From Bacteroidota bacterium (GTDB lineage Bacteria > Bacteroidota > Ignavibacteria > UBA10030 > UBA6906), in contig JBFLYO010000002.1 of NCBI GenBank assembly GCA_040756745.1, positions 25,985 to 89,984 on the forward strand: a stretch of 64,000 bases of DNA, read 5' to 3'. Under the pieces are notes generated by a model that saw nothing but the letters and a program-made list of their open reading frames with translations, was not told the origin of the DNA and made no database searches. A program made the position numbers and the translations under genes. Positions 1-10,217 of this stretch are shown in pieces; the stretch's first letter is position 1; each line of letters starts with the position of its first letter.

Positions 1-362
1 AGCGCCCTCTGGAACGTACTCAGCAGCTCGTCAGAGGTGGTCGGTTTTGTAATGTAATCGTATGCCCCGATCCGCATGCACTCCACTGCGATCTTCACGT
101 CGCTCATGCCCGTGAGCATGATGACCTCGATCCCGGGGAAGTTTGTCTTGATGAACCGGAGTACTTCCACGCCGTCCACCTTCGGCATCTTCACGTCGCA
201 GAGCACGACGTGGTAGAGCTTTGACTGGACCGCATTGATGGCAGCCACTCCATCATTTGCGGTATCGACGGTATAGCCCGCCCCGCCGAGGAGTGCCGAG
301 AGCATGTAGCGGAAGGCCTCCTCGTCGTCAACGACGAGGACAGAGATTTCTTTCTTCGTCAT
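1..362 (-). CDS. Response regulator, N-terminal receiver domain (partial; probably NtrC-type)
   Basis: Manual translation from ATG 362: MTKKEISVLVVDDEEAFRYML...VLCDVKMPKVDGVEVL...IMLTG...AYDYITKP; open to the window edge; not in the ORF track. Confidence 0.85.
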   Translation of the reverse strand, partial: MTKKEISVLVVDDEEAFRYMLSALLGGAGYTVDTANDGVAAINAVQSKLYHVVLCDVKMPKVDGVEVLRFIKTNFPGIEVIMLTGMSDVKIAVECMRIGAYDYITKPTTSDELLSTFQRA

Positions 363-422
363 ACTGGGTGATCCCCGGGAGCGGGAAGATGACTGGTCAT
401 TGTGGCGTGTGCAATCGACAGA

Positions 423-488
423 ATAATAGCGAGAAATGGCGTACAAAGTCAATAATCCGTTGATTTTCATGGGGGTTGTTGCTACTTT
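423..488. promoter_or_regulatory. Divergent sigma70-type promoters (response regulator / add)
   Basis: + strand TTGATT(460-465)-17-TACTTT(483-488) with TG extension; - strand TTGACT(452-447)-18-TATTAT(428-423). Confidence 0.55.
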
Positions 489-539
489 GCCTCACCCATC
501 CACCACTCTTCATCCGACCCCCGAGCGTGCCCTGAGTTC

Positions 540-1649
540 ATGAGGATCCCCGAGAAAATCCTTCAATCCGTTCCAAAAGTCCTGTTGCATGACCATCTCG
601 ACGGTGGTCTCCGACCGGCAACGCTCGTGGACCTTGCCAGGGCTGCTGACTACCGAGGGCTTCCGACGGAGGACCCGGACGAACTTGCGCAGTGGTTCAG
701 GCGGGGCGCGCAGCGCGGGAGTCTCCCGCTCTACCTTGAGGGGTTTGCCCACACCGCAGCGGTGATGCAGACCGAGGTCGCCCTGGAGCGGGTCGCGTAC
801 GAGATGATGGAAGACATGTCTCGAGATGGGGTCGTCTACGTCGAAACGAGATTTGCGCCGGTCTTTCACACTGAGAAAGGCCTCCACTGGGACGAAGTGG
901 TGAATGCGGTGTTGAAGGGACTTAATCGGGGCAAGAAGGCGTTCGGTGTAGAATACGGCCTGATCATCTGCGCGATGCGCAACATGCGCCTGTCGCAGGA
1001 GATGGCAGAGCTGGCGGTGGATTTCCGGGAGCGGGGGGTGGTCGGGTTCGACTTGGCGGGGGAGGAAGGAGGGTTTCCCCCCAAGAAGCATGTCGATGCG
1101 TTCCATTATATCCAGCGCGAGAACTTCAACATCACGGTTCACGCCGGGGAAGCGTTCGGCAAAGAGAGCATCTGGCAGGCGATCCAGTGGTGCGGGGCTC
1201 ATCGGATCGGCCACGCCACGCGGCTGATCGAGGACATCGGGCTGGACAAGCGGAGCAGAAAGAAGATCGTCCGCATGGGGTATCTTGCGCAGTACGTCCT
1301 CGACAAGCGCATTCCGCTCGAAATCTGTCTCACGAGCAACGTGGACACAGGTGCCGCGAAGGATCTGGAGAGTCATCCCTTCGGGCTTCTCTACAAGTAC
1401 AAGTTCCGCGTCACGCTCAACACCGATGACCGCCTGATGAGCGACACGACGATGACGAAGGAATTCCGGATCGCCCACCGCGTGTTCGACCTCAGTCTGG
1501 AGGATCTCGAAAAGCTGACGATCAACGCGATGAAAAGCGCCTTTCAGCCCTACAACCGCCGCATCCGGTTGATCTACGATGTCATCAAGCCGGGGTACGC
1601 GAGGGCACGGAAACAGCTCTCACGTCTGCGAAGCAGGAGCGCCGCGTGA
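540..1649 (+). CDS. add: Adenosine deaminase
   Basis: PKVLLHDHLDG, GFDLAGEE, TVHAGE, RIGHA and LNTDD amidohydrolase motifs. Confidence 0.93.
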   Translation: MRIPEKILQSVPKVLLHDHLDGGLRPATLVDLARAADYRGLPTEDPDELAQWFRRGAQRGSLPLYLEGFAHTAAVMQTEVALERVAYEMMEDMSRDGVVYVETRFAPVFHTEKGLHWDEVVNAVLKGLNRGKKAFGVEYGLIICAMRNMRLSQEMAELAVDFRERGVVGFDLAGEEGGFPPKKHVDAFHYIQRENFNITVHAGEAFGKESIWQAIQWCGAHRIGHATRLIEDIGLDKRSRKKIVRMGYLAQYVLDKRIPLEICLTSNVDTGAAKDLESHPFGLLYKYKFRVTLNTDDRLMSDTTMTKEFRIAHRVFDLSLEDLEKLTINAMKSAFQPYNRRIRLIYDVIKPGYARARKQLSRLRSRSAA

Positions 1650-1674
1650 TGCCTCCCCAGAGGACAGTGGATCA

Positions 1675-2181
1675 ATGAATCTCTATCTTGTCCGACACGG
1701 CGAGGCGGCCCCGCTGGGGGGAACCGTCCAGCGCGATGCAGACCGGCCGCTCACTCAGCGGGGGGAGAAGGATGTCGCGACAATTGCAGGAGCGCTTGCG
1801 GCGGTCGACGGCGAGCCGGCGCTCATTCTGACAAGCCCCCTTGCGCGGGCGATGCAGACGGCCCGGATCATTGCCACCGTGATGAAGGTCCCGCCGGAAA
1901 TCCGCGCAACGGAAAATCTCTCTCCCGGCTTTCGCCCCAAGGCCCTCCTGGCGGAACTCACAGGTCTGGGAGCTGTTAAGGGAGTCATCGCCGTCGGACA
2001 TCAACCGGACCTCGGAGGGCTGATCGCATACCTTGTGGCGGAGGGGTCATACGTCGGTCTGTCGATCCCACCGGGGGCGGCGGCCTGCGTGGTTCTCGGT
2101 GATTCCCTGGCTCCGGGCGATACCGTACTCCGGTGGCTATTGACGGCCGACATGGTTCGCCGCATCACCACTACGACGTGA
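1675..2181 (+). CDS. sixA: Phosphohistidine phosphatase SixA
   Basis: MNLYLVRHGEA, DADRPLT, SPLARAMQTA, VGHQPDL; start at ATG 1675. Confidence 0.88.
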   Translation: MNLYLVRHGEAAPLGGTVQRDADRPLTQRGEKDVATIAGALAAVDGEPALILTSPLARAMQTARIIATVMKVPPEIRATENLSPGFRPKALLAELTGLGAVKGVIAVGHQPDLGGLIAYLVAEGSYVGLSIPPGAAACVVLGDSLAPGDTVLRWLLTADMVRRITTTT

Positions 2182-2191
2182 GGAACAGCCC

Positions 2192-2674
2192 ATGGAACTC
2201 TCTGTCGTTCCCATCGAAAAGCCGGAGGACATGAATTTCATCCTCGGCCATTCCCATTTCATCAAGACGGTTGAGGATCTTTACGAAGCCATCGTCCAGA
2301 CCAATCCCGCCATGAAATTCGGGATCGCGTTCTGTGAGGCATCCGGCCCGGCGCTCGTCCGCTCGGTGGGCAATGACACTGCGCTGATCGCGCTCGCACA
2401 GAAAAATGCGATGGCACTCGCTGCCGGCCATGCGTTTCTGATTTTCATGGAGTCGGGATTCCCCGTGAATATCCTCAACGTCGTCAAGAACGTCGCGGAG
2501 GTCTGCCGGGTGTTCTGCGCCACCTCAAACCCCACCCAGGTCATCGTCGCGGAGACCAAACAGGGGCGCGGGATCCTCGGCGTGATCGATGGCATCACAA
2601 CGAAGGGCGTAGAGACGGATGCGGATGTAAAGACGCGGAAGGAGTTCCTTCGAAAGATCGGTTACAAACTCTGA
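2192..2674 (+). CDS. Adenosine-specific kinase family protein (DUF355 / PAE2307-like)
   Basis: NFILGHSHFIKTVEDL, FGIAFCEASG, AGHAF, GRGILGVIDG and RKEFLRKIGYK signature motifs. Confidence 0.85.
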   Translation: MELSVVPIEKPEDMNFILGHSHFIKTVEDLYEAIVQTNPAMKFGIAFCEASGPALVRSVGNDTALIALAQKNAMALAAGHAFLIFMESGFPVNILNVVKNVAEVCRVFCATSNPTQVIVAETKQGRGILGVIDGITTKGVETDADVKTRKEFLRKIGYKL

Positions 2675-2696
2675 CGTTTCCGGAAGGAGTGTCCAC

Positions 2697-3977
2697 ATGA
2701 CTTCGGGCGTGACACGCCGCGCATTCATCCGCACGGTCGCCGGCGGCATGGCGGGGGGGCTCATGCTCACGGCGCTGCCTGGAGGCGCCCGCGCGCGCTA
2801 CGTTGTTGCGCACGATCAGACGGTCGATCCCGCCGACGAGCATTTCTGGGATTTCGTCCGCGCACAGTTCCCGCTGAGCAGCGAGCAGTCATATATGAAC
2901 AACGGGACGATGGGCATCTCCCCGTTTGCGGTCACTGAAGCGGTCCGGGCGGACATGGAGGATGTCGACAGGCACGGGCGGTACGGCGGATGGGAGGAGG
3001 TGCGGCCGAAGATCGCGCGGTTTGTCAACGCCGCTCCGGAAGAGATCTCCCTCACCCACAATGTGACCGAGGGGATTTGCGTGGTGGCGGCGGGGCTTCC
3101 GCTGAAGCGGGGTGACGAGGTGATCCTGACCGACCATGAGCATGCCGGCAACGCCGTTCCATGGCTGGCGCGTGCCCGGCGCGACGGAATCGTGATCCGG
3201 TACTTCACCCCCGCGCCCACGGGTGCTGAAACGCTCAACAGGATCAACGACATCATTACGCAACGGACGCGCGTCATCGCCGTCCCGCACATCACCTGCA
3301 CCATCGGCCAGGTTCTCCCGGGGGCGCAGATCAGCAGACTGGGACGCGACAAGGGGATCTGGGTGATGCTCGACGCGGCGCACACGCCGGGTATGCTCCC
3401 ACTTGATGTCAGAGCGCTCGGCTGCGATTTCCTCGCCACATGCGGCCACAAATGGCTTCTCGGCCCGAAGGGGACCGGATTCCTCTATGTGCGCAAAGAA
3501 GAGGTTGAAATCCCCGAGCCAATCTGGTCAGGCGGCGGGGCTGACAGCGGGTGGGATGTGCGGACGGGAAAACTTGCGTTCCGGCAAGATGCCCACCGGT
3601 TCGATTTTGCGACGCAGAGTTCGTCCCTCTACACCGGACTCGGCGCTGCGATCGATTTTGTCGGGCAGCTCGGCATCGGGAATATGCTCAGCCGCGACCG
3701 GTATCTCGCCGGGCGGCTCCGGCACGGTTTGCAGGAGCTGGGTGGCAAGATCGAGATCCTCACCCCCGAAGAAGATACGAGCTGCGGTGCAGTGCTCGGG
3801 TTCCGCGCGAAGAGGACTCCGTTCGACAAACTCCAGCAGATGCTCCTCGAGAAACACCGGATCATCACCCGCGCCGTTCCGGAAAACGGACTGAACTGCA
3901 ACAGGATCTCAACGCATATCTACAACACCCCGGCGGAAGTGGACCGACTGCTCGAGGTGATCCGCTCGGTCGCATGA
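2697..3977 (+). CDS. Tat-exported class V PLP enzyme (C-S lyase / isopenicillin-N-epimerase-like)
   Basis: TRRAFI twin-arginine signal ending ARA; YMNNGT, DHEH, DAAH, CGHKWLLGPKGTG (PLP lysine), RISTHIYN. Confidence 0.85.
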   Translation: MTSGVTRRAFIRTVAGGMAGGLMLTALPGGARARYVVAHDQTVDPADEHFWDFVRAQFPLSSEQSYMNNGTMGISPFAVTEAVRADMEDVDRHGRYGGWEEVRPKIARFVNAAPEEISLTHNVTEGICVVAAGLPLKRGDEVILTDHEHAGNAVPWLARARRDGIVIRYFTPAPTGAETLNRINDIITQRTRVIAVPHITCTIGQVLPGAQISRLGRDKGIWVMLDAAHTPGMLPLDVRALGCDFLATCGHKWLLGPKGTGFLYVRKEEVEIPEPIWSGGGADSGWDVRTGKLAFRQDAHRFDFATQSSSLYTGLGAAIDFVGQLGIGNMLSRDRYLAGRLRHGLQELGGKIEILTPEEDTSCGAVLGFRAKRTPFDKLQQMLLEKHRIITRAVPENGLNCNRISTHIYNTPAEVDRLLEVIRSVA

Positions 3978-3999
3978 ACTCAACCTCGGAGGATTGACC

Positions 4000-4347
4000 A
4001 TGAGAACACATCTCATCTCCATGAGCTTCGTTGCTGTATGCATTGTCGGACTCCTGATGGCACTTCCGACGACGGCAGAAGCACAGAAGAAGTCAAAGGA
4101 CATCACCGCTGCGTCGCAGCAGGCGCCCGCCAGGAGCGTCGGCTCGCTCCGCGACGTGCTCGTGAAACTGCAGGGTCAGCAAACCAACATCGGTGTCCTC
4201 ACGAAAGTGGCGGGGGACTACCTCATATTCGAAAACGAAGGGGACACGCTCATGTTCCCGATCAACACGGTGCAGGTGGTCAAGCTCCTGAAGGCGGAAG
4301 AAGGAGAAGGTCGCAAGATTGAGATCCGTTTCCTCGCGCGGGACTGA
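4000..4347 (+). CDS. Secreted hypothetical protein, possible Sm-like beta-barrel
   Basis: GGAGGA SD before ATG 4000; Sec signal ending AEA-Q; GVLTKVAGDYLIFE...LMFPINTVQVV. Confidence 0.7.
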   Translation: MRTHLISMSFVAVCIVGLLMALPTTAEAQKKSKDITAASQQAPARSVGSLRDVLVKLQGQQTNIGVLTKVAGDYLIFENEGDTLMFPINTVQVVKLLKAEEGEGRKIEIRFLARD

Positions 4348-4348
4348 C

Positions 4349-4837
4349 ATGAGGACGCTTGCTGCAACGACGTTTCTCCTTGCCGCCACGGCGGTCGGCT
4401 GTCGCCCGACGGAGGAGGACGTGCGGCGCATCGCCCGCGAAGAACTCCAGGGGGCAATGGCGCGCCAGGCGGTGACCAGCGCGAACGTCATCGGACCCTA
4501 CAGTCCGGCAGTGCGCATCGGGGATTTTCTGTTTGTGTCGGGCCAGATCGCGCTTGATCAGGAGACGGGCGCCATGCGGCAGGACGACATCGAAGTGGAA
4601 ACGCACCAGGTGCTCGCTAACGTGATGCGGATCCTCCGGTCGCAGGACTTCGATTCGTCCCATGTGGTGAGCGCTACCGTGTATCTCAAGAATATGAACG
4701 ATTACGCGGCGGTGAACAAGGTCTACGCCGGCTATTTTCAGGAGAAGAATTTCCCTGCCCGCGTTGCAGTTGAGGTCGCCGACCTGCCGAAACAGGCCAA
4801 CGTCGAGATTGCGGTAATTGCATACCGGGATCACTGA
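4349..4837 (+). CDS. ridA: RidA/Rid family enamine-imine deaminase with lipoprotein signal
   Basis: [28 protein letters not shown]; N-terminal [18 protein letters not shown] lipobox. Confidence 0.85.
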   Translation: MRTLAATTFLLAATAVGCRPTEEDVRRIAREELQGAMARQAVTSANVIGPYSPAVRIGDFLFVSGQIALDQETGAMRQDDIEVETHQVLANVMRILRSQDFDSSHVVSATVYLKNMNDYAAVNKVYAGYFQEKNFPARVAVEVADLPKQANVEIAVIAYRDH

Positions 4838-4871
4838 TCGCCGCAGGGTAAAGGCGCGAAGGAATATTCCG

Positions 4872-6554
4872 ATGGCATACGAATCCAGAGGGGCACGCAC
4901 GATCCGGGCTCCACACGGCACAGCGATTTCGTGCAAGGGATGGGTGCAGGAGGCGGCGCTCCGCATGCTGATGAACAATCTCGATCCCGAAGTCGCGGAG
5001 GACCCCGACCGGCTCATCGTCTACGGCGGGACGGGCAAAGCCGCACGGAACTGGGAGTCCTTCGACACGATCGTGCAGAGTCTGAGGGATCTCGAAGGTG
5101 ACGAGACGCTCCTCGTCCAGTCCGGCAAGCCCGTCGCCATCTTTCGCACGCATACCGACGCGCCGCGGGTTCTCATCGTCAATGCGATGCTTGTACCGAA
5201 GTGGGCGACGTGGGATGAGTTCCGCCGGCTGGAGGGGCTGGGGCTCACGATGTTCGGGCAAATGACGGCGGGGTCCTGGATCTACATCGGGTCGCAGGGC
5301 ATCCTGCAGGGGACCTATGAGACATTTGCGGCGTGCGCGAAGAAGCATTTCGGCGGCACGCTCGCCGGAAAACTGCTCGTGACCGCCGGGCTCGGCGGCA
5401 TGGGAGGTGCGCAGCCCCTCGCGGCGACCATGAACGGCGCTGCATGCCTGGCCGTCGAAGTGGACCGTGCCCGAATAGAGAAGCGTATCGCTACGGGGTA
5501 TGTCGATGCGATGACCGGGTCGCTCGACGAGGCGCTGAGCATCCTGCAGACCGCCAGGGAACTGAAGGAACCGAAGTCAGTCGCACTCCTCGGCAATGCC
5601 GCCGAAGTCCTCCCGGACCTGCTGGCGCGAGGGATCACCGTCGACGTCCTCACCGATCAAACGTCGGCACATGACACGCTCGATGGCTATGTCCCCGCGC
5701 ATATCCCGTACCGCGACGCTCTCGCGATGCGGCGAAGCGACCCGCAGCGCTATGTCGCGCTCGCGCGCGCATCGATCGCCGAACACGTGCGCGCCATGCT
5801 GGCGCTGATGCGGCGCGGGGCGGTGACGTTCGACTACGGCAACAACATCCGCGGAGAGGCGCGATCGGCGGGTGTCCCCGACGCGTTCGACATCCCCGGC
5901 TTTGTCCCCGAATATATCCGGCCCCTCTTCTGCGACGGCAAGGGACCCTTCCGATGGGCGGCGCTCTCGGGCGATACGCAGGACATCGCGCGGACAGATC
6001 GCGCGATCCTGGAAACGTTTCCTGAGAATGATGCCCTCTGCAGGTGGATCACGAAGGCACGACAGAGCGTGAAGTTCCAGGGACTTCCGTCACGTATATG
6101 CTGGCTGGGCTACGGCGAACGCGCGCGGATGGGAAAACTCTTCAACGACCTGGTCGCGAGACGAGAAATCAGCGCGCCCATCGTTATCGGGAGAGATCAT
6201 CTCGACTGCGGCTCCGTCGCGTCGCCGAACCGCGAGACGGAAGGGATGATCGACGGGAGTGACGCAATCGCCGACTGGCCGATCCTTAATGCGCTCTTAA
6301 ACACTGCGGGAGGGGCGAGCTGGGTGAGCGTGCACCACGGAGGCGGGGTAGGCATCGGACTCTCGATCCACGCGGGCATGGTTGTAGTGGCGGATGGCAC
6401 GCCTGATGCAGAGAAGCGACTCGAACGAGTGTTGACGTATGATCCGGGCATGGGGATCGTCCGTCATGCCGACGCGGGCTACGACCAGGCAGTCGAGAAT
6501 GCAAGGCGCTGGGACATCCGTATCCCCATGCTTCCGCGCGCAGAACGCAAGTAG
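4872..6554 (+). CDS. hutU: Urocanate hydratase
   Basis: [50 protein letters not shown]. Confidence 0.97.
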   Translation: MAYESRGARTIRAPHGTAISCKGWVQEAALRMLMNNLDPEVAEDPDRLIVYGGTGKAARNWESFDTIVQSLRDLEGDETLLVQSGKPVAIFRTHTDAPRVLIVNAMLVPKWATWDEFRRLEGLGLTMFGQMTAGSWIYIGSQGILQGTYETFAACAKKHFGGTLAGKLLVTAGLGGMGGAQPLAATMNGAACLAVEVDRARIEKRIATGYVDAMTGSLDEALSILQTARELKEPKSVALLGNAAEVLPDLLARGITVDVLTDQTSAHDTLDGYVPAHIPYRDALAMRRSDPQRYVALARASIAEHVRAMLALMRRGAVTFDYGNNIRGEARSAGVPDAFDIPGFVPEYIRPLFCDGKGPFRWAALSGDTQDIARTDRAILETFPENDALCRWITKARQSVKFQGLPSRICWLGYGERARMGKLFNDLVARREISAPIVIGRDHLDCGSVASPNRETEGMIDGSDAIADWPILNALLNTAGGASWVSVHHGGGVGIGLSIHAGMVVVADGTPDAEKRLERVLTYDPGMGIVRHADAGYDQAVENARRWDIRIPMLPRAERK

Positions 6555-6570
6555 CAGAAGTAGAATTGCC

Positions 6571-7782
6571 ATGATGGACCCGGTACGATTCAAGAGAATC
6601 CTGATCAGCCTCCTGAAACTGCTCGTCATTATCGAGCTGGTCGGCGCCGTGCTCCAGGGGACTTCCGGAAACGGCTGGGGGCGGTTCGGGGTCGACCTCC
6701 TCGTTGCGGGGATCCTGTACCTGATGTGGGAGCGCCTGGCGGCCGTGGTGGCGCAGAAGCGGGACGAATCGCGGCGGAAAATGGAGGAGACTCCACAGAA
6801 CGTCGGGCTCTTCGACGCACTGGTTTTTTCGCTGCTCTGGACGGACAAGATCTACGACAACATTCCCCCCGACCGCGTCCGGTTGATCGTCATCTCCTAC
6901 ACCCTCATCGCCATCGGTCTCGTCGTTGCCTTCCTGCAGTTTGGTACCGGATTGATGCCCCTTGTCCTGTCGGGTGCCCTGGTGCTGGGCGCGGTCAATC
7001 TGGTGACGTGGGTGATTTCGCTCGAGCGGGAGGCGAAGGAAACGCTCCAGACCGAGCTCCGGCTTGCGCGCGACGTGCAGCTGTCCCTCATGCCGACGAC
7101 GCAGCCCGTGCTCGAGGGCTATGACATCGCCGGGGCGTCGATCCCCGCAGCGGATGTGGGGGGCGACCTCTTCGATTTTTCCCGGCTCGGATACGACGGG
7201 CAAGCGCTCGGCATCTCGGTGTGCGATGTTTCGGGCAAGGGGATGCAGGCGGCGATGTCGGCGGTTTTTACGAGCGGCGTGTTTGCCACGGAGACAAGGC
7301 ACAGTACCTCGCCCGCGGAAATCCTGACGCGGCTCAACCGGGGAATTTTCAGCCATTCGCGCCGGGGCCATTTTGTCGCGTTCCTGCTGGCGGCGATCGA
7401 TCCCGCTCGCCGTGTCGTGACGTTTGCAAACGCCGGACAGACGAAACCGCTCCTCCGAAACGGGGGATCACTCACATGGCTCGATCCATCCGGCGTCCGT
7501 TTCCCTCTCGGGATGAAGGAGGACAGCGTGTACGAAGAGCGGGTCGTCCAGCTCCATCCGGGGGATACGCTCGTGATGCTGACCGACGGGTTTACGGAAG
7601 CGATGAATGCTCGACAGGAGGTGTTTGGCACGGAAGGGATCGAGGCGGTCCTGCGTCAACCGGGGCTCGAGAGTCTCCCGGCGCGGGAGATCATCGGGCG
7701 ACTTACGGCTGGAGTGCGGTCCCATGCGGGCGATGCGCCGCAACACGATGACATGACAATCGTTGTGGTGAACGTATTGTGA
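6571..7782 (+). CDS. Membrane-anchored PP2C/SpoIIE (RsbU-like) serine phosphatase
   Basis: Several N-terminal TM segments; VGGDLFD, CDVSGKG, ANAG, LTDGFTEA, DDMT. Confidence 0.88.
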   Translation: MMDPVRFKRILISLLKLLVIIELVGAVLQGTSGNGWGRFGVDLLVAGILYLMWERLAAVVAQKRDESRRKMEETPQNVGLFDALVFSLLWTDKIYDNIPPDRVRLIVISYTLIAIGLVVAFLQFGTGLMPLVLSGALVLGAVNLVTWVISLEREAKETLQTELRLARDVQLSLMPTTQPVLEGYDIAGASIPAADVGGDLFDFSRLGYDGQALGISVCDVSGKGMQAAMSAVFTSGVFATETRHSTSPAEILTRLNRGIFSHSRRGHFVAFLLAAIDPARRVVTFANAGQTKPLLRNGGSLTWLDPSGVRFPLGMKEDSVYEERVVQLHPGDTLVMLTDGFTEAMNARQEVFGTEGIEAVLRQPGLESLPAREIIGRLTAGVRSHAGDAPQHDDMTIVVVNVL

Positions 7783-8894
7783 AACGCGTCTTCCTGCATG
7801 CGGCAGTTGTTTTCTGCCTCGCGGAGGCCCGGGGACAGGATGTTGGGAACTTCGACGTCATCCTTCGCACCAACTATGAGTCGGCCGAACGCACGCTCGA
7901 GCTCTACCAGGGGCTCAGCGGCCGGCCGCAGGAGGTTGCGGCGCTGCCGGGGAGCCAGATTGCGCTCGCGACAACGGCGCTCCTTGCCCAGCGTACGCTG
8001 ACGAGCTCCACGCTCGAGCGTGCGCTGGAAGCCGTCAAGTTCAATCAGTCGCTTGAGGACGACGTCTTCCGGCTGAAAGAGGCTCGCGCCAACGTGGGCG
8101 AGATTAGGGAACTCCTCGTTGAGGCGCAGCGCCGGAACTTCGGATCAAAGGTGGTCGGTACGGTGGCGCAGTTGTTTCCTCCCGACGCAAGGATCCGCAC
8201 GGTGATCCCGGTCTTTTTCGTGGCGTTCGGTCATCAGAACATCGACGCGTTCGTCCGCCGCGTCCGCTGGAACGGGAACACGCCGGCATTCACCGCAGAG
8301 GGAGAAGGAGAACTGACAATTGTCGTCAACCTGGCCAAGGCTGTCAATTACGGAAAAAACACTGACGAGCGGTTCGTCGGCATGGTGAGCGTTGTTGCGC
8401 ACGAGGTGTTCCATGCCGCGTTCGGGACATACAAAGATGGATCGCCGGCCTGGCGCGCGTATTATGCGGCGCACCGCTCGCCGCTGGACCAGCTCCTTGA
8501 CCTCACGCACAACGAGGGGATAGCCTACTATCTTTCGCTCGTACAATCGTCCCGCGGCCGGCTGCCCGCTGACGGTCTTGCACGTGCACAGCGGTCGTTC
8601 GCGATGTTCAACGCAAATGCCGCGGAGCTCCTTTCTCCGCGCACGTCGGACGGGCGTGCGGAAGACATCATACGGCAGTCGAATACCTCTGGATACTGGG
8701 ACAACTACGGTGCGATCACCGGCATGATCATCGCGCGCCAGATCGACAACACACTTGGTCGCCAGGCGCTGATTGAGACCATCGCTCTTGGCCCGACGGA
8801 CTTCTTCGCGAAGTACGCCGGCATCGCAGAGCGCAACGCTGAGTTGCCGCAGCTCGGGCCGCGACTCCTGGAATTCCTCCGCCGCGGGCGGTGA
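7779..8894 (+). CDS. Secreted putative zinc metalloprotease (HExxH, gluzincin-like)
   Basis: Signal peptide; VAHEVFH followed by NEGIAYY. Confidence 0.65.
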   Translation: MKRVFLHAAVVFCLAEARGQDVGNFDVILRTNYESAERTLELYQGLSGRPQEVAALPGSQIALATTALLAQRTLTSSTLERALEAVKFNQSLEDDVFRLKEARANVGEIRELLVEAQRRNFGSKVVGTVAQLFPPDARIRTVIPVFFVAFGHQNIDAFVRRVRWNGNTPAFTAEGEGELTIVVNLAKAVNYGKNTDERFVGMVSVVAHEVFHAAFGTYKDGSPAWRAYYAAHRSPLDQLLDLTHNEGIAYYLSLVQSSRGRLPADGLARAQRSFAMFNANAAELLSPRTSDGRAEDIIRQSNTSGYWDNYGAITGMIIARQIDNTLGRQALIETIALGPTDFFAKYAGIAERNAELPQLGPRLLEFLRRGR

Positions 8895-8903
8895 CGCCCT
8901 TCC

Positions 8904-8932
8904 TTGCGGTTCCCCCGCCCTTTTCGTATCTT
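8904..8932 (+). promoter_or_regulatory. sigma70-type promoter for hutI-ftcd
   Basis: TTGCGG-17-TATCTT; implies the real hutI start is TTG 8961. Confidence 0.5.
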
Positions 8933-8960
8933 CTCTTCACTCCATGATTTCCCATCCCGC

Positions 8961-10205
8961 TTGAACCTCTTTCTGAAGAATATCTCCCAGCTTGTCACGG
9001 TGGCGTCGCACGGTGCGCCGGTGAAAACCGGACCTGCCATGCGGGAGATCGGCGCGATTGAGGAGGGGGGAGTGCTGTGCCGCGACGGCAAAATCTCCTG
9101 GGTGGGTCCCATGCGCGAGTGGCGTGAGGGGGGGCCAGCAGATGTACCGGAATTCGATGCCTCCGGCAAAGTGGTGCTCCCGGGATTCGTGGATTCACAC
9201 ACGCACATGCTCTTTGCTGGGAGCCGCGAGGAGGAGTTCTCGCTCCGCACGCAGGGAGCGACCTATCAGGAGATTGCTTCCCGCGGCGGTGGAATCCTGA
9301 GCACCATCACCCATGTGCGGAATGCGGAGAAGAAGATGCTCAAGCGCCGATGTGCCCGGACCATGACGGACCTCCTGCGTCACGGGACGACAACGGTGGA
9401 AATAAAGTCCGGCTACGGTCTCTCGATGGATTCAGAGATCAAAATGCTGGAGGCGATCAAGGAACTCGGAGAGGAGGAAATCATCGGCGTTGTCCCCACG
9501 TTCCTCGGCGCGCACGCCATCCCTCCGGAGTTCCGGGGGAACACACGGGAGTACGTCGATCTTGTGATCCAGTCGATGATCCCGTACGTGGGGAAGAAAA
9601 AGCTCGCGCGGTTCTGCGACGTATTCTGTGAGGAAGGATTTTTCGGACTCGCCGAAACGGAACGCATCCTTGCAGCGGGAAAGCAGTGGGGGATGCGCCC
9701 AAAGCTCCATGCTGATGAGCTGACCTCGCTCGGGGGGGCTGAACTCGCCGCGCGCGTTGGTGCAATCTCGGCCGACCACCTGGAGCACGTCTCAAGCGAA
9801 GGAATTGCCGCAATGCGCTCTGCAGGGGTGGTGGCGGGCCTCCTCCCGGGAGTATCGTTCTTTTTGAACCATGGCTATGCACCCGCTCGTGCTCTGATTG
9901 ATGGAGGGGTGGCAGTAGCGATAGCCTCCGATTTCAATCCTGGATCCTGCATGTCGTTTTCCATGCCGATGATGATGACCATCGCTTGCACCCAGATGCA
10001 CATGACGCCGGAAGAGGCGCTGACGGCCGCCACACTGAACGGCGCGGCGGCCGTCGGCCTCTCTGCCTCGCTGGGTAGCATCGAGGCCGGCAAGGATGCG
10101 GACCTCATTGTTGCAGACGTGCCCGACTACCGCTTCCTTGCCTATCATTTTGGCGTGAACCACGTCGCCACTACCATCAAACGCGGTACTATCCTCGAAC
10201 TCTGA
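8961..10205 (+). CDS. hutI: Imidazolonepropionase
   Basis: PGFVDSHTH, EIKSGYGL, FLGAHA, KLHADEL, SADHLE, ASDFNPG. Confidence 0.95.
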   Translation: MNLFLKNISQLVTVASHGAPVKTGPAMREIGAIEEGGVLCRDGKISWVGPMREWREGGPADVPEFDASGKVVLPGFVDSHTHMLFAGSREEEFSLRTQGATYQEIASRGGGILSTITHVRNAEKKMLKRRCARTMTDLLRHGTTTVEIKSGYGLSMDSEIKMLEAIKELGEEEIIGVVPTFLGAHAIPPEFRGNTREYVDLVIQSMIPYVGKKKLARFCDVFCEEGFFGLAETERILAAGKQWGMRPKLHADELTSLGGAELAARVGAISADHLEHVSSEGIAAMRSAGVVAGLLPGVSFFLNHGYAPARALIDGGVAVAIASDFNPGSCMSFSMPMMMTIACTQMHMTPEEALTAATLNGAAAVGLSASLGSIEAGKDADLIVADVPDYRFLAYHFGVNHVATTIKRGTILEL

Positions 10206-10217
10206 CACGGAGACCGC

